Positions 1 to 12,900 of a stretch of 41,238 bases of DNA are shown piece by piece. This DNA comes from Nemertoderma westbladi (Eukaryota; Animalia; Xenacoelomorpha): NCBI GenBank assembly GCA_032718475.1, contig JAUCBJ010009093.1, positions 1 to 41,238 on the forward strand, read 5' to 3'. How positions within the stretch are numbered: position 1 is the stretch's first letter; the number at the start of each line of letters is the position of its first letter. Below the pieces are notes generated by a model. It was not told where the DNA came from, made no database searches, and was given only the letters and a program-made list of their open reading frames with translations. The position numbers were made by a program, and so were the translations under genes.

Positions 1-645
1 ATTCCATGTATTTATTGATGATATATTAGTAAATCAATTACATTTACAGAGCGACTGAAACTTGTCTTGCAACGGATTAAGAAAGTAAATCTGAAGTTGA
101 AACAAAAGAAATGTATTAATAAGTTTAGTCAGATAGAAATAAAATATCTGAGACATGTTATTTCACGAAATGGGATTAGTCCTGATCCAGCAATAATATC
201 GAAAAAGTTATAAATTACCCTGAACCTCGAAATATAAAAGAAGTGTGAATCTTTCTTGGATTAACGTATTATTACCGGCGTTTCGTTGAAGGTTACGGAA
301 AAAATCGCAAAACCTTTATATAATTTGCTCCAAAAAATTACGCCTTTTGTTTGGACAAATTAAACACGGTTAGGATTTTGGGAACTAAAGAATCGACTTA
401 TCACTACACCGGTTTTACAATACCCGGACTTCAACAAGGAATTTGTACTTGAAACTGATGCAATTGGCAATGGTTTTGCCGCCATACTTTCACAGATTAG
501 CACCATTGACAACAAATTACACCTCATTATTGCTTATGCATCAAAACATATAAACAATGATCAACAGCAATATGATGCACCACACCTGGAGTTGTGGGCT
601 CTAAACTGGGCTTGTCAACATTTCCACCATTACTTGTATGGTCAT
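1..645 (+). pseudogene. Decayed Ty3/Gypsy pol fragment (end of RT, connection, RNase H), copy 1
   Basis: Translates with frameshifts to [66 protein letters not shown], which are Gypsy RT/RNase H motifs. Near-identical to 2205-2843. Confidence 0.92.
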
Positions 646-673
646 TTGGCAACAATATTACATTTTTTATAAT

Positions 674-1010
674 ATATTGGTTCTACAGAGTGATGCTGGG
701 TTTTAGCACTATTAATTTGACATTTTTTTATTGCGAAATTAGATTCACTGAAAAATTCCATGAATAAACTTTGCGAGACATTCCTAAACTATTCTTTGAC
801 AACAAACCGTCTATCTATCTATTTTGAGTAAAAAAATGTGAAAATTAAAATGTAAGCCTTAAAACTGAGTAAGTACTGTTATATTTATTCAAAAATATGA
901 AATTTCTTCAGTAAATGTGAGACTGTTGTAATCAGCTATTTTTTTAGTAAAAAATAATAATCTTACAGTATATATGTTTAAAACCAAACATCACCCTATA
1001 GAAACAATAT
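674..1010. mobile_element. Small non-autonomous TIR element (MITE; possibly Tc1/mariner-type ends)
   Basis: Imperfect ~33-bp inverted repeats: ATATTGGTTCTACAGAGTGATGCTGGGTTTTAG (674-706) versus TAAAACCAAACATCACCCTATAGAAACAATAT (979-1010). They contain TA-CAGAGTG...CACCCTA-TA, resembling CAGGGTG..CACCCTG termini. AT-rich non-coding interior. Confidence 0.6.
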
Positions 1011-1099
1011 TAACTTATATACTATTTACTTAAAATTATTCACAAACTTATTAACTGAAAACAGTACATAGCATATAGGCAACATTAAATTTAACATTC

Positions 1100-1351
1100 A
1101 TACCACCTGTATCAACCACCCTCCGTAAACGCAGATTAAGATTCAGCGGGCACTGCTGGCGAAGTAAAGACGAGGTCAAACCAGATCTACTTCTCTAGCA
1201 ACCAACTCTTGGAAAGCGTAGTCGTGGATGACCGGCCATAACATATATAGATCAACTTGAAAGGGATACTGAACTTGGGAGAAACGAAATTGTGACAAAT
1301 ATGGAGAATTGGGAAGCCTGGAAGGATCTCATTTCCACTGTAGTAGTAGTA
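1100..1351 (+). mobile_element. 3' end fragment of an RTE-clade non-LTR retrotransposon (decayed)
   Basis: Manual translation from 1100: IPPVSTTLRKRRLRFSGHCWRSKDEVKPDLLL*QPTLGKRSRG*PAITYIDQLERDTELGRNEIVTNMENWEAWKDLIST. This matches the typical RTE C-terminus (RRLRFxGH...GKRxRGRP..TYIDQL..D...M..R..W). Two in-frame stops; followed by (GTA)4. Confidence 0.8.
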
Positions 1352-1469
1352 TCACAGATTCGGTACACGAAGCTGAATCTGATGGTTATAGCATGCTCGG
1401 TGTACTAAATTTAGATTCTTTACATAAGTCAATACCAGGGGGGATTGATAATAGGCCAATGTACAAAAA

Positions 1470-2843
1470 TTGAGAACATTGGATCTATCTTTGAATGATA
1501 ACAAAAATGAAGAGGAAACAATAATTGAGATAGGAGAAAGTAATGTTTCATTGGTTACTGATGTCAATGAGAGACATAATATTATACAGGAGCAAGTTGA
1601 TCTATCAGATACAGACCTAACCATAAAAGAGAAAGAAAAATTGCTTAATGTACAGCAATTTACTGTATTAAAAGAATACAATGAAGTGCTTCAACTATCA
1701 GATGATGAGCTTGGTAGAACGGAATTAGCAGAACATTCAATCGATACTGGTACTAATATTGCAATTAAGAGAACACCTCACACTCTTTAAAACAGTAATT
1801 GCCAATGAAATTGACAAAACGGTGAAATTCAGTATTATACAACCATCACAAAGTCCCTTGTCTTCTCCTGTACTATTAGCTAAGAAGTCAGATGGCACTC
1901 CACACTTTTGTGTCGATTACAGGAAGCTGAACAGTATCACTGTTAAGGATAACTACCCACTACCACATATTGATGATATATTAGACGATTTACAGCCCTC
2001 GAAATATATCTCAACACTTGATTTGGCTACCGGCTATTGACAGATCCCAATGTCATATAGAGACATTTCTAAACCAACATTTAATTGTTGCTCTGGATTT
2101 TATGAATTCATAGTACTTGTCTTCGGATTATGTAACGCACCAGCTACTTTCCAACGAACTATGGAGAAATTATTGAACAGCATTTCAACTGAAGAAGATA
2201 AACAATTCCATGTATTTATTGATGATATATTAGTAAAATCAATTACATTTACAGAGCGACTGAAACTTGTCTTACAACGGATTAAGAAAGTAAATCTGAA
2301 GTTGAAACAAAAGAAATGTAAGTTTAGTCAGATAGAAATAAAATATCTGGGACATGTTATTTCACAAAATGGGATTAGTCCTGTTCCAGCAATAATATCG
2401 AAAAAGTTCTAAATTACCCTGAACCTCGAAATATAAAAGAAGAGTGAATGTTTCTTGGATTAACGTATTATTACCGGCGTTTCGTTGAAGGTTACGGAAA
2501 AATCGCAAAACCTTTATATAATTTAATCCAAAAAATTACGCTTTTTGTTTGGACAAATTAAACACGGTTAGGATTTTGGGAACTAAATAATCGACTTATC
2601 ACTACACCGGTTTTACAATACCCGCACTTCAACAAAGAATTTGTACTTGAAACTGATGCAAGTGGCAATGGTTTTACCGCCATACTTTCACAGATTAGCA
2701 CCATTGACAACAAATTACATCTCATTATTGCTTATGCATCAAAACATATAAACAATGATCAACAGCAATATGATGTACCACACTTGGAGTTGTGGGCTCT
2801 AAACTGGGCTTGTCAACATTTCCACCATTACTTGTATGGTCGT
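1470..2843 (+). pseudogene. Decayed Ty3/Gypsy pol (pre-RT linker, reverse transcriptase, RNase H), copy 2
   Basis: ORF pieces 1470-1790 (LGRTELAEHSIDTG), 1759-2040 (SSPVLLAKKSDG..FCVDYRKLN..YPLPHIDD..STLDLATGY) and 2050-2412 (FGLCNAPATFQRTM, VFIDDILV, IKYLGHVIS), then RNase H motifs to ~2843. Multiple stops and frameshifts; no integrase or LTR seen. Confidence 0.95.
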
Positions 2844-3050
2844 TTGGTAACAATATTAAATTTTTTATAATATATTGTTTCTACAGAGTGATGCTGGGTT
2901 TTAGCACTATTAATTTGACATTTTTTTATTGCGATATTAGATTCACTAAAAAATTCCATGAATAAACTTTGCGAGACATTCCTCAACTATTATTTGACAA
3001 CAAACTGTCTATCTATCTATTTGGAGTAAAAATGTGAAAATTAACATGTA
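2205..3050 (+). repeat. Direct segmental duplication of 1-854 (offset ~2.2 kb)
   Basis: ATTCCATGTATTTATTGATG starts at both 1 and 2205. The copies stay colinear with scattered substitutions and indels until ...AATGTGAAAATTAAmATGTA (854 versus 3050), then diverge. Confidence 0.95.
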
Positions 3051-3910
3051 TTATGATCAAGTGAGATATTGTTATGATTATAAAAGCTAGTATGTTTGTT
3101 TAGTTAATAAAATAATAATAAGGTTATGAAGTCATATTATAAGATTATAAGGTTATCATTCCATAATCGATACGCAAATAGTATGTTACAACTGGAAATA
3201 CAAGTGTTATCGGATGAATGGTTGGTTGTATGGATAGGAAATACGTGAAAGAATATGAATCATAGGGTTGTGTGTGTGTGTAATAATCAATAATTATTAT
3301 AATAAAAACGCACAGTATATAATGTTAGTGGTGGTGGTGGTGGTAGCCTTTCAATATGGCACAGATGCTGCGGGATCGGTTAGCTTGAGTAACTACTATG
3401 GAAATGTTGTTCGTATACGTGTAGCTGGAACAACGTGGCGGAATTTCAACACGTATCATAATAGCGTTGGGGTAGGCAGGCCGCTTGGTTGGTTGGATTG
3501 ATTGGTTTGGCGACAGCCGTCGAGGAGTAGCCGTGCGTGGCTAGCGACGGTGGTGGTGGTGGTGAGTTGGCAATCGATTCGATATAATAGCGTAGTGGGG
3601 GCTAGCCATGCGATGAGAAGTTAGGTTATGCGAAGATGAATATGCGATGGTTGGTTGATGCAACGACGCGAATCAATACTCGCGGGTGGTAACAGTTGTC
3701 GAGTAAGGCAGGCATCGCGAGGTTAGGCTACGCGTAGGTGATAAGCAACGATTGGTTGAAGGCAACGACGCGAATCAATATTGATGGTGACAGATGGTCA
3801 TTAAACACCACGATTTAGCACCGGAATTTGGAATTTTTTAATTGCCTCCGAGATGCGAGCCGTAGCCCAAGCTAGGGAGGAGATATGGAGGACCTATGCT
3901 TCTCCTACTA

Positions 3911-6900
3911 CTTATGGGCTGTTTATCAGCACCGAAGGTTGGTTGGGTAACTCCTTATATGGGCTGTTTATCAGCACCGAAAGTTGGTTGGGTAACTCCT
4001 TATATGGGCTGTTTAACACCAGTTGGTTGGGTAACTCCTTATATGGGCTGTTTATCAGCACCGAAGGTTGGTTGGGTAACTCCTTATATGGGCTGTTTAT
4101 CAGCACCGAAGGTTGGTTGGGTAACTCCTTATATGGGCTGTTTAACACCAGTTGGTCGGGTAACTCCTTATGGGCTGTTTATCAGCACCGGAGGTTGGTT
4201 GGGTAACTCCTTATATGGGCTGTTTATCAGCACCGAAGGTTGGTTGGGTAACTCCTTATATGGGCTGTTTAACACCAGTTGGTTGGGTAACTCCTTATAT
4301 GGGCTGTTTATCAGCACCGAAGGTTGGTTGGGTAACTCCTTATATGGGTTGTTTATCAGCACCGAAGGTTGGTTGGGTAACTCCTTATATGGGCTGTTTA
4401 TCAGCACCGAAGGTTGGTTGGGTAACTCCTTATATGGGCTGTTTATCAGCACCGAAGGTTGGTTGGGTAACTCCTTATATGGGCTGTTTATCAGCACCGA
4501 AGGTTGGTTGGGTAACTCCTTATATGGGCTGTTTATCAGCACCGAAGGTTGGTTGGGTAACTCCTTATATGGGCTGTTTATCAGCACCGAGGTTGGTTGG
4601 GTAACTCCTTATATGGGCTGTTTAACACCAGTTGGTTGGGTAACTCCTTATATGGGCTGTTTATCAGCACCGAAGGTTGGTTGGGTAACTCCTTATATGG
4701 GCTGTTTATCAGCACCGAAGGTTGGTTGGGTAACTCCTTATATGGGCTGTTTACAGCACCGAAGGTTGGTTGGGTAACTCCTTATATGGGCTGTTTATCA
4801 GCACCGAAGGTTGGTTGGGTAACTCCTTATATGGGCTGTTTATCAGCACCGAAGGTTGGTTGGGTAACTCCTTATATGGGCTGTTTATCAGCACCGAAGG
4901 TTGGTTGGGTAACTCCTTATATGGGCTGTTTATCAGCACCGAAGGTTGGTTGGGTAACTCCTTATATGGGCTGTTTATCAGCACCGAAGGTTGGTTGGGT
5001 AACTCCTTATATGGGCTGTTTACAGCACCGAGTTGGTTCGGGTAACTCCTTATATGGGCTGTTTATCAGCACCGAAGGTTGGTTGGGTAACTCCTTATAT
5101 GGGCTGTTTATCAGCACCGAAGGTTGGTTGGGTAACTCCTTATATGGGCTGTTTAACACCAGTTGGTTGGGTAACTCCTTATATGGGCTGTTTATCAGCA
5201 CCGAAGGTTGGTTGGGTAACTCCTTATATGGGCTGTTTATCAGCACCGAAGGTTGGTTGGGTAACTCCTTATATGGGCTGTTTATCAGCACCGAAGGTTG
5301 GTTGGGTAACTCCTTATATGGGCTGTTTAACACCAGTTGGTCGGGTAACTCCTTATGGGCTGTTTATCAGCACCGAAGGTTGGTTGGGTAACTCCTTATA
5401 TGGGCTGTTTATCAGCACCGAAGGTTGGTCGGGTAACTCCTTTTATGGGCTGTTTATCAGCACCGAAGGTTGGTTGGGTAACTCCTTATATGGGCTGTTT
5501 AACACCAGTTGGTCGGGTAACTCCTTATGGGCTGTTTATCAGCACCGAAGGTTGGTTGGGTAACTCCTTATATGGGCTGTTTAACAGCACCAAAGGTTGG
5601 TTGGGTAACTCCTTTTATGGGCTGTTTATCAGCACCGAAGGTTGGTTGGGTAACTCCTTATATGGGCTGTTTAACACCAGTTGGTCGGGTAACTCCTTAT
5701 GGGCTGTTTATCAGCACCGAAGGTTGGTTGGGTAACTCCTTATATGGGCTGTTTAACAGCACCGAAGGTTGGTTGGGTAACTCCTTATATGGGCTGTTTA
5801 TCAGCACCGAAGGTTGGTTGGGTAACTCCTTATATGGGCTGTTTAACAGCACCGAAGGTTGGTTGGGTAACTCCTTTTATGGGCTGTTTATCAGCACCGA
5901 AGGTTGGTTGGGTAACTCCTTATATGGGCTGTTTAACAGCACCGAAGGTTGGTTGGGTAACTCCTTATATGGGCTGTTTATCAGCACCGAAGGTTGGTTG
6001 GGTAACTCCTTATATGGGCTGTTTATCAGCACCGAAGGTTGGTTGGGTAACTCCTTATATGGGCTGTTTATCAGCACCGAAGGTTGGTTGGGTAACTCCT
6101 TATATGGGCTGTTTATCGGCACCGAGTTGGTTGGTTAACTCCTTATATGGGCTGTTTAACACCAGTTGGTCGGGTAACTCCTTATGGGCTGTTTATCAGC
6201 ACCGAAGGTTGGTTGGGTAACTCCTTATATGGGCTGTTTAACAGCACCGAAGGTTGGTTGGGTAACTCCTTATATGGGCTGTTTATCAGCACCGAAGGTT
6301 GGTTGGGTAACTCCTTATATGGGCTGTTTATCAGCACCGAAGGTTGGTTGGGTAACTCCTTTTATGGGCTGTTTAACAGCACCGAAGGTTGGTTGGGTAA
6401 CTCCTTATATGGGCTGTTTATCAGCACCGAAGGTTGGTTGGGTAACTCCTTATATGGGCTGTTTATCAGCACCGAAGGTTGGTTGGGTAACTCCTTTTAT
6501 GGGCTGTTTAACAGCACCGAAGGTTGGTTGGGTAACTCCTTATATGGGCTGTTTATCAGCACCGAAGGTTGGTTGGGTAACTCCTTATATGGGCTGTTTA
6601 TCAGCACCGAAGGTTGGTTGGGTAACTCCTTATATGGGCTGTTTATCAGCACCGAAGGTTGGTTGGGTAACTCCTTATATGGGCTGTTTATCGGCACCGA
6701 GTTGGTTGGTTAACTCCTTATATGGGCTGTTTAACAGCACCGAAGGTTGGTTGGGTAACTCCTTATATGGGCTGTTTATCAGCACCGAAGGTTGGTTGGG
6801 TAACTCCTTATATGGGCTGTTTATCAGCACCGAAGGTTGGTTGGGTAACTCCTTTTATGGGCTGTTTAACAGCACCGAAGGTTGGTTGGGTAACTCCTTA

Positions 6901-9900
6901 TATGGGCTGTTTATCAGCACCGAAGGTTGGTTGGGTAACTCCTTATATGGGCTGTTTATCAGCACCGAAGGTTGGTTGGGTAACTCCTTATATGGGCTGT
7001 TTATCAGCACCGAAGGTTGGTTGGGTAACTCCTTATATGGGCTGTTTATCAGCACCGAAGGTTGGTTGGGTAACTCCTTATATGGGCTGTTTATCAGCAC
7101 CGAAGGTTGGTTGGGTAACTCCTTTTATGGGCTGTTTAACAGCACCGAAGGTTGGTTGGGTAACTCCTTATATGGGCTGTTTATCAGCACCGAAGGTTGG
7201 TTGGGTAACTCCTTATATGGGCTGTTTATCAGCACCGAAGGTTGGTTGGGTAACTCCTTATATGGGTTGTTTAACGCCAGTTGGTCGGGTAACTCCTTAT
7301 GGGCTGTTTATCAGCACCGAAGGTTGGTTGGGTAACTCCTTTTATGGGCTGTTTATCAGCACCGAAGGTTGGTTGGGTAACTCCTTATATGGGCTGTTTA
7401 ACACCAGTTGGTCGGGTAACTCCTTATGGGCTGTTTATCAGCACCGAAGGTTGGTTGGGTAACTCCTTATATGGGCTGTTTAACAGCACCGAAGGTTGGT
7501 TGGGTAACTCCTTATATGGGCTGTTTATCAGCACCGAAGGTTGGTTGGGTAACTCCTTATATGGGCTGTTTAACAGCACCGAAGGTTGGTTGGGTAACTC
7601 CTTTTATGGGCTGTTTATCAGCACCGAAGGTTGGTTGGGTAACTCCTTATATGGGCTGTTTAACAGCACCGAAGGTTGGTTGGGTAACTCCTTATATGGG
7701 CTGTTTAACAGCACCGAAGGTTGGTTGGGTAACTCCTTATATGGGCTGTTTAACAGCACCGAAGGTTGGTTGGGTAACTCCTTATATGGGCTGTTTAACA
7801 CCAGTTGGTCGGGTAACTCCTTATATGGGCTGTTTAACAGCACCGAAGGTTGGTTGGGTAACTCCTTATATGGGCTGTTTAACAGCAGCGAAGGTTGGTT
7901 GGGTAACTCCTTATATGTGTTGTTTAACAGCACCGAAGGTTGGTTGGGTAACTCCTTATATGGGCTGTTTATCAGCACCGAAGGTTGGTTGGGTAACTCC
8001 TTATATGGGCTGTTTAACACCAGTTGGTCGGGTAACTCCTTATATGGGCTGTTTAACAGCACCGAAGGTTGGTTGGGTAACTCCTTATATGGTCTGTTTA
8101 ACAGCACCGAAGGTTGGTTGGGTAACTCCTTATATGTGTTGTTTAACAGCACCGAAGGTTGGTTGGGTAACTCCTTATATGGGCTGTTTATCAGCACCAA
8201 AGGTTGGTTGGGTAACTCCTTATATGGGCTGTTTAACAGCACCGAAGGTTGGTTGGGTAACTCCTTATATGTGTTGTTTAACAGCACCGAAGGTTGGTTG
8301 GGTAACTCCTTATATGGGCTGTTTAACAGCACCGAAGGTTGGTTGGGTAACTCCTTATATGTGTTGTTTAACAGCACCGAAGGTTGGTTGGGTAACTCCT
8401 TATATGGGCTGTTTATCAGCACCGAAGGTTGGTCGGGTAACTCCTTATATGTGTTGTTTAACAGCACCGAAGGTTGGTTGGGTAACTCCTTATATGGGCT
8501 GTTTATCAGCACCGAAGGTTGGTTGGGTAACTCCTTATATGGGCTGTTTACAGCACCGAAGGTTGGTTGGGTAACTCCTTATATGGGCTGTTTAACAGCA
8601 CCGAAGGTTGGTTGGGTAACTCCTTATATGGGCTGTTTATCAGCACCGAGTTGGTCGGGTAACTCCTTATATGGGCTGTTTATCAGCACCGAGTTGGTCG
8701 GGTAACTCCTTATATGGGCTGTTTAACACCAGTTGGTTGGGTAACTCCTTATATGGGCTGTTTAACACCAGTTGGTTGGGTAACTCCTTATATGGGCTGT
8801 TTATCAGCACCGAAGGTTGGTTCGGTAACTCCTTATATGGGCTGTTTAACACCAGTTGGTTGGGTAACTCCTTATTTGGGCTGTTTAACACCAGTTGGTT
8901 CGGTAACTCCTTATATGGGCTGTTTAACACCAGTTGGTTGGGTAACTCCTTATATGGGCTGTTTATCAGCACCGAAGGTTGGTTGGGTAACTCCTTATAT
9001 GGGCTGTTTATCAGCACCGAAGGTTGGTTGGGTAACTCCTTATATGGGCTGTTTATCAGCACCGAAGGTTGGTTGGGTAACTCCTTATATGGGTTGTTTA
9101 TCAGCACCGAGTTGGTTGGGTAACTCCTTATATGGGCTGTTTAACACCAGTTGGTTGGGTAACTCCTTATATGGGCTGTTTAGCAGCACCGAAGGTTGGT
9201 TGGGTAACTCCTTATATGGGCTGTTTATCAGCACCGAAGGTTGGTTGGGTAACTCCTTATATAGGCTGTGTGACAGCACCGAAGGTTGGTTGGGTAACTC
9301 CTTATATGGGCTGTTTAGCAGCACCGAAGGTTGGTTGGGTAACTCCTTAAGGGTTGTTTATCAGCAGCGAAGGTTGGTTGGGTAACTCCTTATATGGGCT
9401 GTTTATCAGCACCGAAGGTTGGTTGGGTAACTTCTTATATGGGCTGTTTATCAGCACCGAAGGTTGGTTGGGTAACTCCTTATATGGGCTGTTTATCAGC
9501 ACCGAAGGTTGGTTGGGTAACTCCTTATATGGGTTGTTTATCAGCACCGAGTTGGTTGGGTAACTCCTTATATGGGCTGTTTAACACCAGTTGGTTGGGT
9601 AACTCCTTATATGGGCTGTTTAGCAGCACCGAAGGTTGGTTGGGTAACTCCTTATATGGGCTGTTTATCAGCACCGAAGGTTGGTCGGGTACCTCCTTAT
9701 ATGGGCTGTTTATCAGCACCGAAGGTTGCTTGGGTAACTCCTTATATGGGCTGTTTAACAGCAGTTGGTTGGATAACTCCTTATATAGGCTGTTTAACAG
9801 CACCGAAGGTTGGTTGGGTAACTCCTTATATGGGCTGTTTAACACCAGTTGGTTGGGTAACTCCTTATATGGGCTGTTTAACACCAGTTGGTTGGGTAAC

Positions 9901-12900
9901 TCCTTATATAGGCTGTTTATCAGCACCGAAGGTTGGTTGGGTAACTCCCTATATGGGCTGTTTATCAGCACAGAATGTTGATTGGGTAACTCCTTCTATG
10001 GGCTGTTTAACACCAGTTGGTTGGGTAACTCCTTATATGGGCTGTTTATCAGCACCGAAGGTTGGTCGGGTAACTCCTTATATGGGCTGTTTAACAGCAC
10101 CGAAGGTTGGTTGGGTAACTCCTTTTATGGGCTGTTTATCAGCACCGAAGGTTGGTTGGGTAACTCCTTATATGGGCTGTTTAACACCAGTTGGTCGGGT
10201 AACTCCTATATGGGCTGTTTATCAGCACCGAAGGTTGGTTGGGTAACTCCTTATATGGGCTGTTTAACAGCACCGAAGGTTGGTTGGGTAACTCCTTATA
10301 TGGGCTGTTTATCAGCACCGAAGGTTGGTTGGGTAACTCCTTATATGGGCTGTTTAACAGCACCGAAGGTTGGTTGGGTAACTCCTTTTATGGGCTGTTT
10401 ATCAGCACCGAAGGTTGGTTGGGTAACTCCTTATATGGGCTGTTTAACAGCACCGAAGGTTGGTTGGGTAACTCCTTATATGGGCTGTTTATCAGCACCG
10501 AAGGTTGGTTGGGTAACTCCTTATATGGGCTGTTTATCAGCACCGAAGGTTGGTTGGGTAACTCCTTATATGGGCTGTTTATCAGCACCGAAGGTTGGTT
10601 GGGTAACTCCTTATATGGGCTGTTTATCGGCACCGAGTTGGTTGGTTAACTCCTTATATGGGCTGTTTAACACCAGTTGGTCGGGTAACTCCTTATGGGC
10701 TGTTTATCAGCACCGAAGGTTGGTTGGGTAACTCCTTATATGGGCTGTTTAACAGCACCGAAGGTTGGTTGGGTAACTCCTTATATGGGCTGTTTATCAG
10801 CACCGAAGGTTGGTTGGGTAACTCCTTATATGGGCTGTTTATCAGCACCGAAGGTTGGTTGGGTAACTCCTTTTATGGGCTGTTTAACAGCACCGAAGGT
10901 TGGTTGGGTAACTCCTTATATGGGCTGTTTATCAGCACCGAAGGTTGGTTGGGTAACTCCTTATATGGGCTGTTTATCAGCACCGAAGGTTGGTTGGGTA
11001 ACTCCTTTTATGGGCTGTTTAACAGCACCGAAGGTTGGTTGGGTAACTCCTTATATGGGCTGTTTATCAGCACCGAAGGTTGGTTGGGTAACTCCTTATA
11101 TGGGCTGTTTATCAGCACCGAAGGTTGGTTGGGTAACTCCTTATATGGGCTGTTTATCAGCACCGAAGGTTGGTTGGGTAACTCCTTATATGGGCTGTTT
11201 ATCGGCACCGAGTTGGTTGGTTAACTCCTTATATGGGCTGTTTAACAGCACCGAAGGTTGGTTGGGTAACTCCTTATATGGGCTGTTTATCAGCACCGAA
11301 GGTTGGTTGGGTAACTCCTTATATGGGCTGTTTATCAGCACCGAAGGTTGGTTGGGTAACTCCTTTTATGGGCTGTTTAACAGCACCGAAGGTTGGTTGG
11401 GTAACTCCTTATATGGGCTGTTTATCAGCACCGAAGGTTGGTTGGGTAACTCCTTATATGGGCTGTTTATCAGCACCGAAGGTTGGTTGGGTAACTCCTT
11501 ATATGGGCTGTTTATCAGCACCGAAGGTTGGTTGGGTAACTCCTTATATGGGCTGTTTATCAGCACCGAAGGTTGGTTGGGTAACTCCTTATATGGGCTG
11601 TTTATCAGCACCGAAGGTTGGTTGGGTAACACCTTTTATGGGCTGTTTAACAGCACCGAAGGTTGGTTGGGTAACTCCTTATATGGGCTGTTTATCAGCA
11701 CCGAAGGTTGGTTGGGTAACTCCTTATATGGGCTGTTTATCAGCACCGAAGGTTGGTTGGGTAACTCCTTATATGGGTTGTTTAACGCCAGTTGGTCGGG
11801 TAACTCCTTATGGGCTGTTTATCAGCACCGAAGGTTGGTTGGGTAACTCCTTTTATGGGCTGTTTATCAGCACCGAAGGTTGGTTGGGTAACTCCTTATA
11901 TGGGCTGTTTAACACCAGTTGGTCGGGTAACTCCTTATGGGCTGTTTATCAGCACCGAAGGTTGGTTGGGTAACTCCTTATATGGGCTGTTTAACAGCAC
12001 CGAAGGTTGGTTGGGTAACTCCTTATATGGGCTGTTTATCAGCACCGAAGGTTGGTTGGGTAACTCCTTATATGGGCTGTTTAACAGCACCGAAGGTTGG
12101 TTGGGTAACTCCTTTTATGGGCTGTTTATCAGCACCGAAGGTTGGTTGGGTAACTCCTTATATGGGCTGTTTAACAGCACCGAAGGTTGGTTGGGTAACT
12201 CCTTATATGGGCTGTTTAACAGCACCGAAGGTTGGTTGGGTAACTCCTTATATGGGCTGTTTAACAGCACCGAAGGTTGGTTGGGTAACTCCTTATATGG
12301 GCTGTTTAACACCAGTTGGTCGGGTAACTCCTTATATGGGCTGTTTAACAGCACCGAAGGTTGGTTGGGTAACTCCTTATATGGGCTGTTTAACAGCAGC
12401 GAAGGTTGGTTGGGTAACTCCTTATATGTGTTGTTTAACAGCACCGAAGGTTGGTTGGGTAACTCCTTATATGGGCTGTTTATCAGCACCGAAGGTTGGT
12501 TGGGTAACTCCTTATATGGGCTGTTTAACACCAGTTGGTCGGGTAACTCCTTATATGGGCTGTTTAACAGCACCGAAGGTTGGTTGGGTAACTCCTTATA
12601 TGGTCTGTTTAACAGCACCGAAGGTTGGTTGGGTAACTCCTTATATGTGTTGTTTAACAGCACCGAAGGTTGGTTGGGTAACTCCTTATATGGGCTGTTT
12701 ATCAGCACCAAAGGTTGGTTGGGTAACTCCTTATATGGGCTGTTTAACAGCACCGAAGGTTGGTTGGGTAACTCCTTATATGTGTTGTTTAACAGCACCG
12801 AAGGTTGGTTGGGTAACTCCTTATATGGGCTGTTTAACAGCACCGAAGGTTGGTTGGGTAACTCCTTATATGTGTTGTTTAACAGCACCGAAGGTTGGTT

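Noticed and set aside
1352-1681. Minus-strand 109-aa ORF, and the small ORFs at 28983, 32874 and 37282
   Set aside because: Antisense to the Gypsy fragment or exon C, or lying within non-coding repeats; no motifs.
3268-3501. 77-aa ORF in the leader
   Set aside because: Starts at TTG in a (TG)n run, includes (GTG)n-derived valines, and has no recognisable domain or convincing splice sites.
3047-3910. Possible LTR starting TGTA at 3047
   Set aside because: No matching inverted end, second LTR, primer-binding site or polypurine tract could be identified.
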